NCBI GenBank assembly: GCA_964019335.1
Contig: OZ025728.1
Coordinates: forward strand, 248,001-312,000
Direction of reading: 5' to 3'
Origin: Diplonema japonicum
Lineage: Eukaryota; Protista; Euglenozoa: Diplonemea
Length of the DNA stretch: 64,000 nucleotides
Of this stretch, positions 1-10,739 are shown in pieces. Numbering within the stretch: the first letter of the stretch is position 1; every line of letters starts with the position of its first letter. The notes below the pieces were generated by a model. That model worked only from the letters and a program-made list of their open reading frames with translations, did no database searches and was not told the origin of the DNA. The position numbers and the translations under genes are program-made.

Positions 1-125
1 AGTCCTTGTGAGACCGCCTTAAGAGGTAAAAGGGAAATCCCTGATTGGGACGTCCACACTTGGAAAGGACCCCTGCGGAGTCTAGAAAGGAAAAGAAGGA
101 AACGAGAGCGGGCTTTCATCGTTTC

Positions 126-128
<3 letters not shown>
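1..128. repeat. Partial copy of the ~330-bp tandem-array unit
   Basis: Near-identical to 3650-3778 and partly to 4052-4122 (agtccttgtgagaccgccttaagagg...gggctttcatcgtttcg). Confidence 0.9.
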
Positions 129-156
<28 letters not shown>

Positions 157-324
157 TCCTAAACCACCCTCGGAATAGGTTCTTTTTTTTTTTTTTTTTT
201 TAAAAACCTAGAACCCATATCAAACAATCTTTTTCATTTTCTTTCTTTTAAACTTTTAAACTAGGAAGATTAAAAATTTTAAAATAGAAAGAAAAATAAG
301 AAAAAGAAACTAAAAAAAAAAAAA

Positions 325-2877
325 CTCAAAGTGCAGGACAAACCCCCTCATGGAGGGCCGCCCTTGGGTGGGTTGGGGGGGTTATCTATTTATACTCCCC
401 TTCTGGAGCATTGCTTTCGTTCCAATCGAGGCCCTGAGCGTCTTGCGGAGTCGTGTGATGCGGTCTCGCTTGTAAGCGGCTTTCAGTTCCATCAGCTTGT
501 CGTGCGTGGAGTGGGTGGCGAAGATGGGCCTCCTGGCGAAACCCATAGCCGTCTTCCCACCTATTGCGATGAGGGACTTCACTCTCTTCTGTTCATCCGC
601 TGGGAAGGGGCGTGGCTTCTTCCGTGCCCTGCATGCCGCGTTCAGCTTTCTTATCAGTGCTTTGATCTTGCGAGCCCTTTCTTCCTGCAGACCTCCCAAT
701 AACTTGCCTGTCGTCCATTCGAAGTCGATGGCCAATTCCACCGCTGACACTTCAGAGCTGGTGTCCTCCTTCACCCATCCCGTAGCTGTGACAACCACTG
801 CAGCAGCGGGTTCAAGAATTCTGCGACGATTCCTCCCACTCCTTCGAGCTCCCCCGCCGTTGGCACGAGGCATCTCCTTCCCTCCACATCGCGTACCCAC
901 GGCAGCGGCTGTGTGCTAGCGTTGTCTATTTGCATGAGCTCCACATCCCGTTTCCCGACCACCACAGCCATGTATCGCTGCAGCTTCTCCAGGTGTGCGA
1001 AGACATGCCCCCTCGGCAGTATCGCGTGCAGCTCCAGACATAGGGGCCATCCTGATCTGTTGCGCAACGGCTCCATTCCGTCTAGTGCCAGTTCCTCTTG
1101 TGCACAGGCGCACTCATACAGCTGATGGCGGAGTAAGGTCACCGTGTCCGGGTGTGGAGACTTGCACAGGTCGCATCTGAATCCTTGCGTGTGCGATACC
1201 TCCGTCGTTGGTGCCTGGCCCATGTTCTCCTCGTCGTCACCGTTGTCGTCACCTTCAGGCGCCAGTGGGACGCTCTTTCGGTTCGCATTTGCGTGCGGGT
1301 TTAGGTAGGGAACCCCTCCTGCGATCACTCGTCTCAGGCTGTAGGACATGAGCGGGTCCTTGGCCGTCCTCCATAATCGGTTCGTCTTGGGGTCCGCCCC
1401 CGGCTCTATACCGCTTATCGTGCTCCTCTCGACCGCCAGCCTTCCTCACCACCTCTCTAAAGATGTGTCCGCGTTCGGCCCAAGATGTTGCAACCTAGTA
1501 GCTGCGCCCAACTCCATCCTATGGGAAGCCACCGGCAGACCAGGTTGCCAACCGGCCCCATCGGGATGGAACCCGCGTCATACCCCGCAGCGATCTGTAT
1601 GCATCTCTGCCGTAGCCGACTGTCATCGAGTGCTCCGGATACTACCTTCAGGGAGTGGTACATTGCGTAGGAAAGGGGGTCATTGGTGTGCCCCTTCAGC
1701 AGGACTGTGTTTACCGCGGTGGGCAACCGTCCACGGTGATGAGGGCCCCACAGGTTACAAGTGATCTTCGTCGTTAGCTTCTTGAGTGCCTCATCACATG
1801 GAGGGGAGAACGGCCCACTGTATAGGCAAGATGGCAGGACCGTCGTGCTGACCAAGTGTGCTTTGGTTTCGAAAGCAATCCTTGTGCCCCCCAGTCGGTC
1901 CAGCGAGCCAAGCGCCCCCGTGGTCGGTTTGTTCCACGTCGTTCCTGTCCTGCGTGTGTTGATCTTCACCCCCAGTCCGCAGAGGTCTGTCACCGTCTTG
2001 TAGGGTACCGCGACCTCCAAGCCTTTCCTCATCTCCGTTCGGTTTCCTATGACTTTCGACTTGAAATCTTCAGCAGTGCCGAAACCAACAGTCTTCTCCT
2101 TGTTGATTTCCATCCCCGTCAGGTCGCAGAACTCCAATGTCCCATTGACCGCAGCTTGTAGGAGCCACGCAGCTTTGCCAGCAGGTATGCGTCGTCAGCG
2201 TAGGCTAGCACTTCGGCGTCTGGCGCGACTTGCTCGACTGCCCGCACCATGATGGACAACAGGACATTAACGACGATGACTGACAGCGGGCATCCTTGGA
2301 GAATTCCGTTCGTTGTCTCAAATGTTTCTCCCACTCCTATGGGGTACTTGAACCTCCTTGTGATTTGGGTGTACATCCCTTGGAGTGCTCTCCCTATGGA
2401 TTGGTCCATCCCCAGGGCGTCCATGAGGTCGAGAGACAGCCGTTGTGGCACTAGATCGAAGCATTTCCGAAAGTCTGGGGCTAGTCCTTCCAGCGGTTCT
2501 CCTTCCACCAGAGCAAGTTCCAGCTTGGTACATAACTCCATGAGGGCAGTTGTCGTACTGTGTTTGGGTCGAAACCCGTGCTGTCTCGGCGTGATCCAAC
2601 GTTCTTGCCAGTCAAGGACACCCTTCAGCCTCGTACACGCCCACAAGCGGTAGATGGTGCTGGTCACTGTGATGGGACGATGATTCAGTGGTGCTGACCC
2701 CTCACCCTTTGGAATCAGGGACACCAGGGCTGTCGTGATCTGTCTCGGCCACTGGCCTGTTTCCTCGATCAGGTTGAAGAGGTCTGCGAAAGCCTTCAAG
2801 ATGCTCGTTAGACGCTTCAGTTCACTCATCCGCCAACCGTCCACGCCACATGCTCCTTTCTCCGGCTTCTTCCTGGG
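325..2877 (-). mobile_element. 5'-truncated, frameshifted non-LTR retrotransposon (RT, CxxC...HxxxxC zinc finger, C-terminal domain)
   Basis: ORF 2119-2844 has LINE RT motifs (LIPK, RPITV, QHGFR, DFRKCFD, GILQGCPLS, AYADD). Downstream pieces at 1457-2137, 771-1349 (CDLC...HQLYEC) and 382-900 (ELAIDFEWTTG) are in shifted frames. Its 3' ~510 bp recur at 35527-36030. Confidence 0.9.
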
Positions 2878-2944
2878 AAAAAAAAAAAAAAACTAAAAAT
2901 AAAACACAATTTAAAACTAAAATTAAAATTAAAAATAAAAATAA

Positions 2945-2982
2945 GCTCGATGACTTAAAGGAAGCCGGTTGGGGCACCCTGT
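2945..2982 (-). mobile_element. Short 3'-end fragment of the SINE/SIDER-like family
   Basis: ctcgatgacttaaaggaagccggttggggcaccctg matches 25614-25650 and 3171-3198. Confidence 0.7.
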
Positions 2983-3084
2983 GAATAAAATAAAATTAAA
3001 AATAAAAATAAATAAAAATAAAAGTAAAAATAGAGAGGGAGAAGAGAGGCAGACAATCAATGCTTTCTTCTCTTTCTTTTTATT

Positions 3085-3117
<33 letters not shown>

Positions 3118-3164
3118 CCCTCCCTAAAAAGAATTTTTTTCTTCGCAGAGTTTCGAAAAAAAAT

Positions 3165-3458
3165 ATATGAGTTAAAGGAGGCCGGTGTGGCGCCCTGCAC
3201 AAGAACTGTCTACTTGATTACAGGGGGCGCGCCGCGGCAGAGTTGTAGCTTCTTCTGCGTTCCGCGTCGTGTCCTTAATGCGTGCGGTGTACAGCTCAAC
3301 CCCAGCCGGTGCGTCCCGGGTAACCAAGATTCTGCGCTCGTGTAGTTTGCTGCCTGTTCTTCCACTCGGGCGCTACCGGTGATGACCGACGAGGAGGTCA
3401 ACAGCGAACAACACATCTGATGTTTTTCTTATATTTTCATGTTATCCCCACCACCTGA
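3165..3458 (-). mobile_element. ~300-bp SINE/SIDER-like non-autonomous retroposon
   Basis: Homologous to 25608-25920 and to the split copy 16673-16808 + 15202-15250. It interrupts the array unit inside its A run. Confidence 0.75.
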
Positions 3459-3985
3459 AAAAACCGGAAAACACCGTTCAAAATTCACGCTACTCATACT
3501 CAGCAATTGTTCTGTCAGGCCCCCCCTCCCTTTTTTGGAAGAGCTGAACCCCTTTTTTTAATTATTTTCGATAACTGAGCAAAGAAGCTTATTGAAGAGA
3601 GAGAAAGACAACTATGTTTTAGCTGGTACAGGGGAAAGCTGAAGGAAACAGTCCTTGTGAGACCGCCTTAAGAGGTAAAAGGGAAATCCCTGATTGGGAC
3701 GGCCACACTTGGGAAAGGACCCCTGCGGAGTCTAGAAAGGAAAAGAAGGAAACGAGAGCGGGCTTTCATCGTTTCGTTTTTTTTTTTTTTTTTTTTGTTC
3801 CTTTTTTTCTTCGCAGAGTTTCGAAAAAAAACCGGAAAACACCGTTCAAAATTCACACTACTCAGCAATTGTTCTCCCTTTTTTGGAAGAACTGAACCCC
3901 TTTTTTTAATTATTTTCGATAACTGAGCAAAGAAGCTTATTGAAGAGAGAGAAAGACAACTATGTTTTAGCTGGTACAGGGGCAA

Positions 3986-4022
3986 CTGAAATGATTTTAA
4001 GTTAGAATAGAGAAGCGAAGAA
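3986..4022 (+). mobile_element. 37-bp insertion with 17-bp target-site duplication (intron-like element)
   Basis: agctggtacaggggcaa at 3969-3985 and 4023-4039. The sister unit at ~3621 lacks the insert. The insert is 33/34 identical to 60652-60685. Confidence 0.85.
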
Positions 4023-4506
4023 AGCTGGTACAGGGGCAAGCTGAAGGAAACAGTCCTTGTGAGACCGCCTTAAGAGGTAAAAGGGAAATCCCTAATTGGG
4101 ACGTCCGGCTTTCATCGTTTCGCTCTTTTTTTTCTTCGCAGAGTTTCGAAAAAAAACCGGAAAACACCGTTCAAAATTCACGCTACTCATACTCAGCAAT
4201 TGTTCTGTCAGGCCCCCCCTCCCTTTTTTGGAAGAGCTGAACCCCTTTTTTTAATTATTTTCGATAACTGAGCTAAGAAGAGAGAGAGGGGCAAATATGT
4301 TAACGGTCTTTGTCAGGCCGCCCTGGAAAAAGTTTGATAAATTTCGGTGGGTTTAGTTTCGATCTAATCTTGCGACTCCTCCAAGTGCTGATCTCTTCAG
4401 GCAAGTAGACCCTTCATTGGCTCCCACTAGCGTCCCAGCAGGTATGGAGAGTGGACAAGGCTATGGTAGAGCCAGGTCCTTAGTGGCTCCTGCGGGAGGG
4501 GGGGAA

Positions 4507-4732
4507 ATAAAAAAATTTCGAACTGCCAAAAAAAAGTGTTGACATTTCTTTCCGGGACGAGCTCATATGTACTTATAAAAATATCGCGCATATTCGACGA
4601 TATTGATCAAGCGACTGGCACCGCTTTATTCCCACTTGCAATATCATTTCAGCTGCCTTTTTTTGCTCAAATATCAAATAAAAAAACTTCCGCCAAAAAA
4701 AGTGTTGACATTTTTTTCCGGGCGAGCTCATT
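4507..4732. repeat. ~55-bp direct repeat pair
   Basis: gccaaaaaaa(a)gtgttgacattt.tttccggg(a)cgagctcat at ~4525-4567 and ~4692-4731. Confidence 0.75.
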
Positions 4733-7013
4733 TAGCGGGTTGAAACAAAACATTCACTCTTGTATCCACGGTTCTCTCTGGGACTAAGAGGAAAGAACAC
4801 CTCATGTGTCGATGCTTCTTGGCGTAGTCAATCGCTGTGTAGCCATGCCTGTCCCGCAAGGCCACATCAGCTCCCTTCTCGACCAAGAGGGAAACACAGT
4901 CCTCGTCTCCATAACAAGAGGCGTAGTGAAGTGCGGTGTTGCCATCATTGTTCTGTAAGTTAACATTAGCTCCCTTCTCGACCAAGTAGAAAACACACTC
5001 CTTGTGTCCACCCATTGCGGCGTAGTAAAGTGCGGTGTTGCCATCACTGTCCTGCAGGTCTACATCAGCTCCCTTCTCGTCCTTGTGTTCACCCATTGCG
5101 GTGTTGCCATCACTGTTCTGAACGTTAATTGTAGCTCCCTTCTCGACCAAGATGGAAGCACAGTCCTTGTGTCCACCCTTTGCGGCAATGTGAAGTGCGG
5201 TCTTGCCATCACTGCCATTCAACTTAACATCAGCTCCCCTCTCGACCAAGAGGGAAACACACCCCTTGTGTCCACCCATTGCGGCGTAGTAAAGTGCGCT
5301 TCTACCATCACTGTTCGTCAGATTAACCTCAGCCTTCTCGACCAAGATGGAAGCACACTCTGTGTCACCACCTATTGCGGCAATGTGAAGTGCGGTGTTG
5401 CCAACACTGTTCTGCACGTTAACATCAGCTCCCTTCTCGACTAAGAAAGAAGCACTCCCCTCGTCCCTATCAATGGCCAGGTGCGGTGCACTCCCCTCGT
5501 CCCCATCAATGGCCAGGTGCGGTGCAGTGCTCCTCGTGTAAGCTCCTTGCTTTACCAAGTAGTCCTTGATTCTTGAATAAGCATCCTCGTGAAGTGCGGT
5601 GTTCTGCACGTTAACCACACCTCCCTCGACTAAGAACTCCTTTGGTAAGCCTACTCCAAGATCCAAGTACGATGCAACAGCATACTCAGCATACCTCTCA
5701 GCATACCTCGCACTTTCCTTTACCAAGTAGTCCATGATTCTTGAATAAGCAGCCTCGTGAAGTGCGGTGTTGCCATCATTGTTCTGCAAGTTAACATCAG
5801 TTCCCTTCTCGACCAAGAGGGAAACACACGCCCCGTGTCCCTTCGAAATGGCTATGTGAAGTGCGGTGTTGTCATCCTTGTTCTGCAAGCTAAGACTGGC
5901 TTTGTTCTCAACCAAGTGGGGAACACACTTTAATTCTCCAGTAAGAACGGCGATGTGAAGTGCGGTGTTGCCATCCTCGTTCTGCAAGCTAACATCTGTT
6001 CCCATCTCGACCAGGTAGAGGGATGCACACTCCTCGTATCTATTCAAAACGGCTATGTGAAGTGCGGTGTTGCCATTATTGTTCTGTAAGTTAACAACGG
6101 CTTTGTGCTTGACCAACTGGGGAAGACATTTTAGTGCTCCATTCCAAACGGCTATGTGAAGTGCGGTGTTGCCTTCCTTGTTCTGCAAGCTAACAACGGC
6201 TTTGTTCTTGACCAAGTGGGGAACAAACTTTAATGCTCCCTTCCAAACGGCTATGTGAAGTGCGGTGTTGCCATCACTGTTCTGCAAGCTAACAACGGCT
6301 TTGTTCTTGACCAACTGGGGAACACACTTTAATGCTCCATTCCAAACGGCTATGTGAAGTGCGGTGTTGCCTTCCTTGTTCTGCAAGCTAACATCAGTTC
6401 CCTTCTCGATTAAGAAGGATGCACACTCCTCGTAGCTCTTCGAAAGGGCTATGTGAAGTGCGGTGTTGCCATCTTTGTTCTGCAAGTTAGCAACGTCTTT
6501 GTTCTTGACCAACTGGGGAACACACTTTAATGCTCCGTTCCAAACGGCTATGTGAAGTGCGGTGTTGTCATCCTTGTTCTGCAAGTTAACATCAGTTCCC
6601 TTCTCGACCAAGAGGGATGCACACTCCTCGCGGCTCCTCCTAACGGCAATGTGAAGTGCGGTGTTGCCATCATTGTCCTGCAAGTTAACATCAGCTCCCT
6701 TCTCGACCAATAGAGAAACACACCCCTCGCATTCAGTGGACCTGTGAAGTTCTATCTCACCATCAATGTACTGCAAGTTAGCTTGTCTGCAAAAACACAC
6801 GAAGGGTTCAGGGATTATTTCAATACAACGTGCAATATGCAAAAGGGGTGAATGGCTTGGTGCTTTGCACGGCTCACAACGAGTAGGCCTTTGGTCATCT
6901 GCATCACTCTCGGCTACCGATAGAGCGTTGTTGGCTATTGGAGCGTTGTAGGGCTCGAACTTCTTTTCGTTGCGCACCGATACAAGAAAATCCACAGCTT
7001 CGCAGCCCTTCAT
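4728..7013 (-). CDS. Ankyrin-repeat protein (761 aa)
   Basis: Many 33-aa GNTALHIA...LVEKGADVNLQ repeats. Confidence 0.9.
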   Translation of the reverse strand: MKGCEAVDFLVSVRNEKKFEPYNAPIANNALSVAESDADDQRPTRCEPCKAPSHSPLLHIARCIEIIPEPFVCFCRQANLQYIDGEIELHRSTECEGCVSLLVEKGADVNLQDNDGNTALHIAVRRSREECASLLVEKGTDVNLQNKDDNTALHIAVWNGALKCVPQLVKNKDVANLQNKDGNTALHIALSKSYEECASFLIEKGTDVSLQNKEGNTALHIAVWNGALKCVPQLVKNKAVVSLQNSDGNTALHIAVWKGALKFVPHLVKNKAVVSLQNKEGNTALHIAVWNGALKCLPQLVKHKAVVNLQNNNGNTALHIAVLNRYEECASLYLVEMGTDVSLQNEDGNTALHIAVLTGELKCVPHLVENKASLSLQNKDDNTALHIAISKGHGACVSLLVEKGTDVNLQNNDGNTALHEAAYSRIMDYLVKESARYAERYAEYAVASYLDLGVGLPKEFLVEGGVVNVQNTALHEDAYSRIKDYLVKQGAYTRSTAPHLAIDGDEGSAPHLAIDRDEGSASFLVEKGADVNVQNSVGNTALHIAAIGGDTECASILVEKAEVNLTNSDGRSALYYAAMGGHKGCVSLLVERGADVKLNGSDGKTALHIAAKGGHKDCASILVEKGATINVQNSDGNTAMGEHKDEKGADVDLQDSDGNTALYYAAMGGHKECVFYLVEKGANVNLQNNDGNTALHYASCYGDEDCVSLLVEKGADVALRDRHGYTAIDYAKKHRHMRCSFLLVPERTVDTRVNVLFQPAK

Positions 7014-7306
7014 CTTTCACCTGGTGATTGTAGAGAGTCAGATAATGAAAAAAAAAGAAAAGAGAGAACTAGCGACAACTTTAAAAAAAGAAGAAAAGGA
7101 TATGTTCAAACTTTAAATAAAACGTGTAAAACGTGCTTCTTCGTGATCCTTTTTTTTTTTTTTTTTTAAATTCCACTTCCTTTTCGACTTGCTAAGGCCG
7201 CACCCACTAGGTGGGTTGGAAGTGTCTCGAGACGCTCACCCGGTTGCCCGAGTACTCATGACCATACTGGTGTTCTCTACCCACAAGCTTTGCTGGATGT
7301 TTGGCA

Positions 7307-8075
7307 TTTTTTTTTTTTTTTTTTTTTTTTTTTTCACTCTTTCAATTCGCTCAGCTGCCTTGATCGGCTTTGCTACGTCGGCGGGTTAGTCGGTTGCTGT
7401 GGTGGGTTTGGGGGGTAGGTTTTCGGTCTCTTCAAGGAATAGGATCGCTTTTCGGGGGTCTTTCCCAAGGATGTGTTTTAGCGTCAGGGTGTCGAAGTGT
7501 TTAGCCCTGGCCGCTTTGGTAGCAGGGCATTTCAGGAGGAGGTGTTCGAGCGTTCTCTCTGTTGCGGGTCCGCATCTTTCGCAAATGCGTTGCTTGAAGT
7601 CTTTCTTCAACAGCTCGTGATGCCCGGACTTCAGCTGGTTGATCATCACCTCTTCTTTTCTGCTGAGCCCTTCCATCCTTTTGGGTGCTTCTGTCCCTCT
7701 CCAGGTGTGCAAATCCGTGCCCCCTCGGCAAGATCCCGTGCAGTTCCAGGCAGAGAGGCCAGCCCGACCTGTCGCGTAGCGGTTCCAACCCGTCCCTCGC
7801 CAGCTCTTCCAGCGCAAGTGGGCATTCGTACAGCTGGTGCCGTAGCAGCGTCACTGTGTTCTGGTGTACTGCTGTGCATACGTCGCATCTATAATTCTGA
7901 GGAAGCATTGTCTCTCCGGGTGGTCTCCCGTCCTCTCTTTTCAAGTCATCATTGTCCGGTTCCTCTTCCTCACTTGCCGGGTCGAGCGGAACGGTTTTCG
8001 GTCCCGCACTGGCGTGTGGGCTTATGTAGGGGACTGCTCCTGCTATGATCCTCCTGATCTGGTAGGCTACCACCG
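7307..8075 (-). mobile_element. Chimeric retroposon fragment: LINE zinc-finger segment joined to an ingi-like 3' end with poly(A) tail
   Basis: 7700-8075 is homologous to ORF 771-1349 (LRHQLYEC...RSGWPLCLELHGILPRGH). 7386-7700 encodes QLKSGH...CERC...TLEHLLLKCP. A sense-strand A run lies at 7307-7334. Confidence 0.75.
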
Positions 8076-8267
8076 GATCCCTCTCCTCCTCCAGAATAAT
8101 GTAAAAAAAAAAAAAAAGGAAAAAAAAAGTTTTTTTGAAGCAAGCCCACTGAGAATAGCCATTCGGGACTACTCCCTTTTAAAGAAAAAGAACAAGAAAA
8201 GAACTGTGAGTATTTAGTGGAGCGTCCCCCCCTCTCCCCTTTTCTTTCATAGAAAGAAAGCTTTTAA

Positions 8268-9148
8268 TTAAACTTTCTTCCCTCCCCCCTTCTTTTTCCC
8301 TTCCTCTGATTTTTTAGGATTCGTGTGCAGGTAGTGGCAAACCTTCCCATGGCGGCAGAAACCACCTGCGTAGTGCTCGCATATCGTTTTTTTCTTGTCG
8401 CTTTTTTTCACCCGCTCGCCTCTTTGCTCGCTTGCACCGTGGGCGAAGATACAGGCCCTCCCGTGTGGACAATGTCTATTTTTACTGAACTCCTCACACA
8501 GCTGCATTTTGTACCAGTTTTGCTTCTCAGAAGGAAGCTCGTCAACGCTGTGCGCGTAATGACAAGCGCCGCCATATTCACAATGTTCATTAGGACACAT
8601 TGCGGTTTTGAACCGACTGCGAACGTCAGCAGGGAGTTCATCACGGGAATGCGCGAAGAGGCATTTCTTCCCCCTGACACACTTCCTGTTAAAGAAATCA
8701 AAGCACAGCTTCGACTGCTTCACACCCGCGGTCTCGTCGGCGATTTTGACCGGTTTTTCAACAACAACACACGGGGCCTTTACAACCTGTTTCACAGTGG
8801 GCGGCTTCCCACCAGCCGAAGCTGCAGCGACGTAATTGAATTTCTTCAAAGGCGATGAAGGTGGTGACACAGGTTTAGATGTTATAGACGCTAACGAGGC
8901 AAGAGATGGGAGGTCAAACAAACTAAGCCCGGGAATCGATCCGGCATCAGGACGCTTTATCACAGAACTTGTTGTAGAGGATGGCCCACTACTGCTGCCG
9001 TTCAAGGGGCTGCCGTGGCTTGAGTCAGATAGGAGATTTGAGGTGTCGGCGTAGATGTCTCTGCTGTTGCCCAAGCTGAAGACTTTGAACATGGGTTGCT
9101 CTTCGTCTTCTTGAGATGATGCGGGGTTGGAGAATGCTTGCCCCCGTA
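8268..9148 (-). CDS. Tandem CCCH zinc-finger RNA-binding protein (4 fingers); 5' end uncertain
   Basis: CFDFFNRKCVRGKKCLFAH, KTAMC...CHYAH, YKMQLC...CIFAH, KTIC...CHYLH. Sequence upstream of 9148 comes from another gene. Confidence 0.85.
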
Positions 9149-10711
9149 TATCTTGGTGTCCCCACACCGCACCAACATCCCCCCCTTGCCGTTACCCGAG
9201 ACAGCTATCTCACACACAGGGCCGCGTAAGAGGAAAGAACACCTCATGTGTCGATGCTTCTTGGCGTAGTCAATCGCTGTGTAGCCATGCCTGTCCCGCA
9301 AGGCCACATCAGCTCCCTTCTCGACCAAGAGGGAAACACAGTCCTCGTCTCCATAACAAGAGGCGTAGTGAAGTGCGGTGTTGCCATCATTGTTCTGTAA
9401 GTTAACATTAGCTCCCTTCTCGACCAAGTAGAAAACACACTCCTTGTGTCCACCCATTGCGGCGTAGTAAAGTGCGGTGTTGCCATCACTGTCCTGCAGG
9501 TCTACATCAGCTCCCTTCTCGTCCTTGTGTTCACCCATTGCGGTGTTGCCATCACTGTTCTGAACGTTAATTGTAGCTCCCTTCTCGACCAAGATGGAAG
9601 CACAGTCCTTGTGTCCACCCTTTGCGGCAATGTGAAGTGCGGTCTTGCCATCACTGCCATTCAACTTAACATCAGCTCCCCTCTCGACCAAGAGGGAAAC
9701 ACACCCCTTGTGTCCACCCATTGCGGCGTAGTAAAGTGCGCTTCTACCATCACTGTTCGTCAGATTAACCTCAGCCTTCTCGACCAAGATGGAAGCACAC
9801 TCTGTGTCACCACCTATTGCGGCAATGTGAAGTGCGGTGTTGCCAACACTGTTCTGCACGTTAACATCAGCTCCCTTCTCGACTAAGAAAGAAGCACTCC
9901 CCTCGTCCCTATCAATGGCCAGGTGCGGTGCACTCCCCTCGTCCCCATCAATGGCCAGGTGCGGTGCAGTGCTCCTCGTGTAAGCTCCTTGCTTTACCAA
10001 GTAGTCCTTGATTCTTGAATAAGCATCCTCGTGAAGTGCGGTGTTCTGCACGTTAACCACACCTCCCTCGACTAAGAACTCCTTTGGTAAGCCTACTCCA
10101 AGATCCAAGTACGATGCAACAGCATACTCAGCATACCTCTCAGCATACCTCGCACTTTCCTTTACCAAGTAGTCCATGATTCTTGAATAAGCAGCCTCGT
10201 GAAGTGCGGTGTTGCCATCATTGTTCTGCAAGTTAACATCAGTTCCCTTCTCGACCAAGAGGGAAACACACGCCCCGTGTCCCTTCGAAATGGCTATGTG
10301 AAGTGCGGTGTTGTCATCCTTGTTCTGCAAGCTAAGACTGGCTTTGTTCTCAACCAAGTGGGGAACACACTTTAATTCTCCAGTAAGAACGGCGATGTGA
10401 AGTGCGGTGTTGCCATCCTCGTTCTGCAAGCTAACATCTGTTCCCATCTCGACCAGGTAGAGGGATGCACACTCCTCGTATCTATTCAAAACGGCTATGT
10501 GAAGTGCGGTGTTGCCATTATTGTTCTGTAAGTTAACAACGGCTTTGTGCTTGACCAACTGGGGAAGACATTTTAGTGCTCCATTCCAAACGGCGATGTG
10601 AAGTGCGGTGTTGCCTTCCTTGTTCTGCAAGCTAACAACGACTTTGTTCTTGACCAACTGATTATTATATGTACTTATAAAATATAAAATATAGCGCGCA
10701 TTCGACGACAC
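9002..10711 (-). pseudogene. Partial chimeric duplicate of the ankyrin gene
   Basis: 9227-10657 is nearly identical to 4785-6215. 9149-9223 matches 18992-19066. 10667-10730 matches 4565-4622. Confidence 0.8.
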
Positions 10712-10739
10712 TGATCAAGCGACTGGCACCTTCCAAAGA

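Larger units (their letters stand above)
3137..4285. repeat. Tandem array of a ~320-340-bp unit with nested insertions
   Basis: Unit start ttcttcgcagagtttcgaaaaaaa(a)ccggaaaacaccg recurs at ~3139 (interrupted), ~3807 and ~4131, separated by poly-T linkers. Confidence 0.9.

Noticed and set aside
3379-3420. TGATGA...CTGA as a C/D snoRNA
   Set aside because: Only ~40 nt apart, inside a dispersed retroposon, and box C is deleted in the 25608-25920 copy.
3590-3660. Tandem array as a spliced-leader RNA gene array (SLACS/CRE target)
   Set aside because: No match on either strand to the conserved euglenozoan SL core (CAGTTTCTGTACT...TTG/GTAT).
4536-4575. TTGACA...TATAAA resembling a bacterial sigma70 promoter
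   Set aside because: Spacing is wrong and the context is a eukaryotic repeat.
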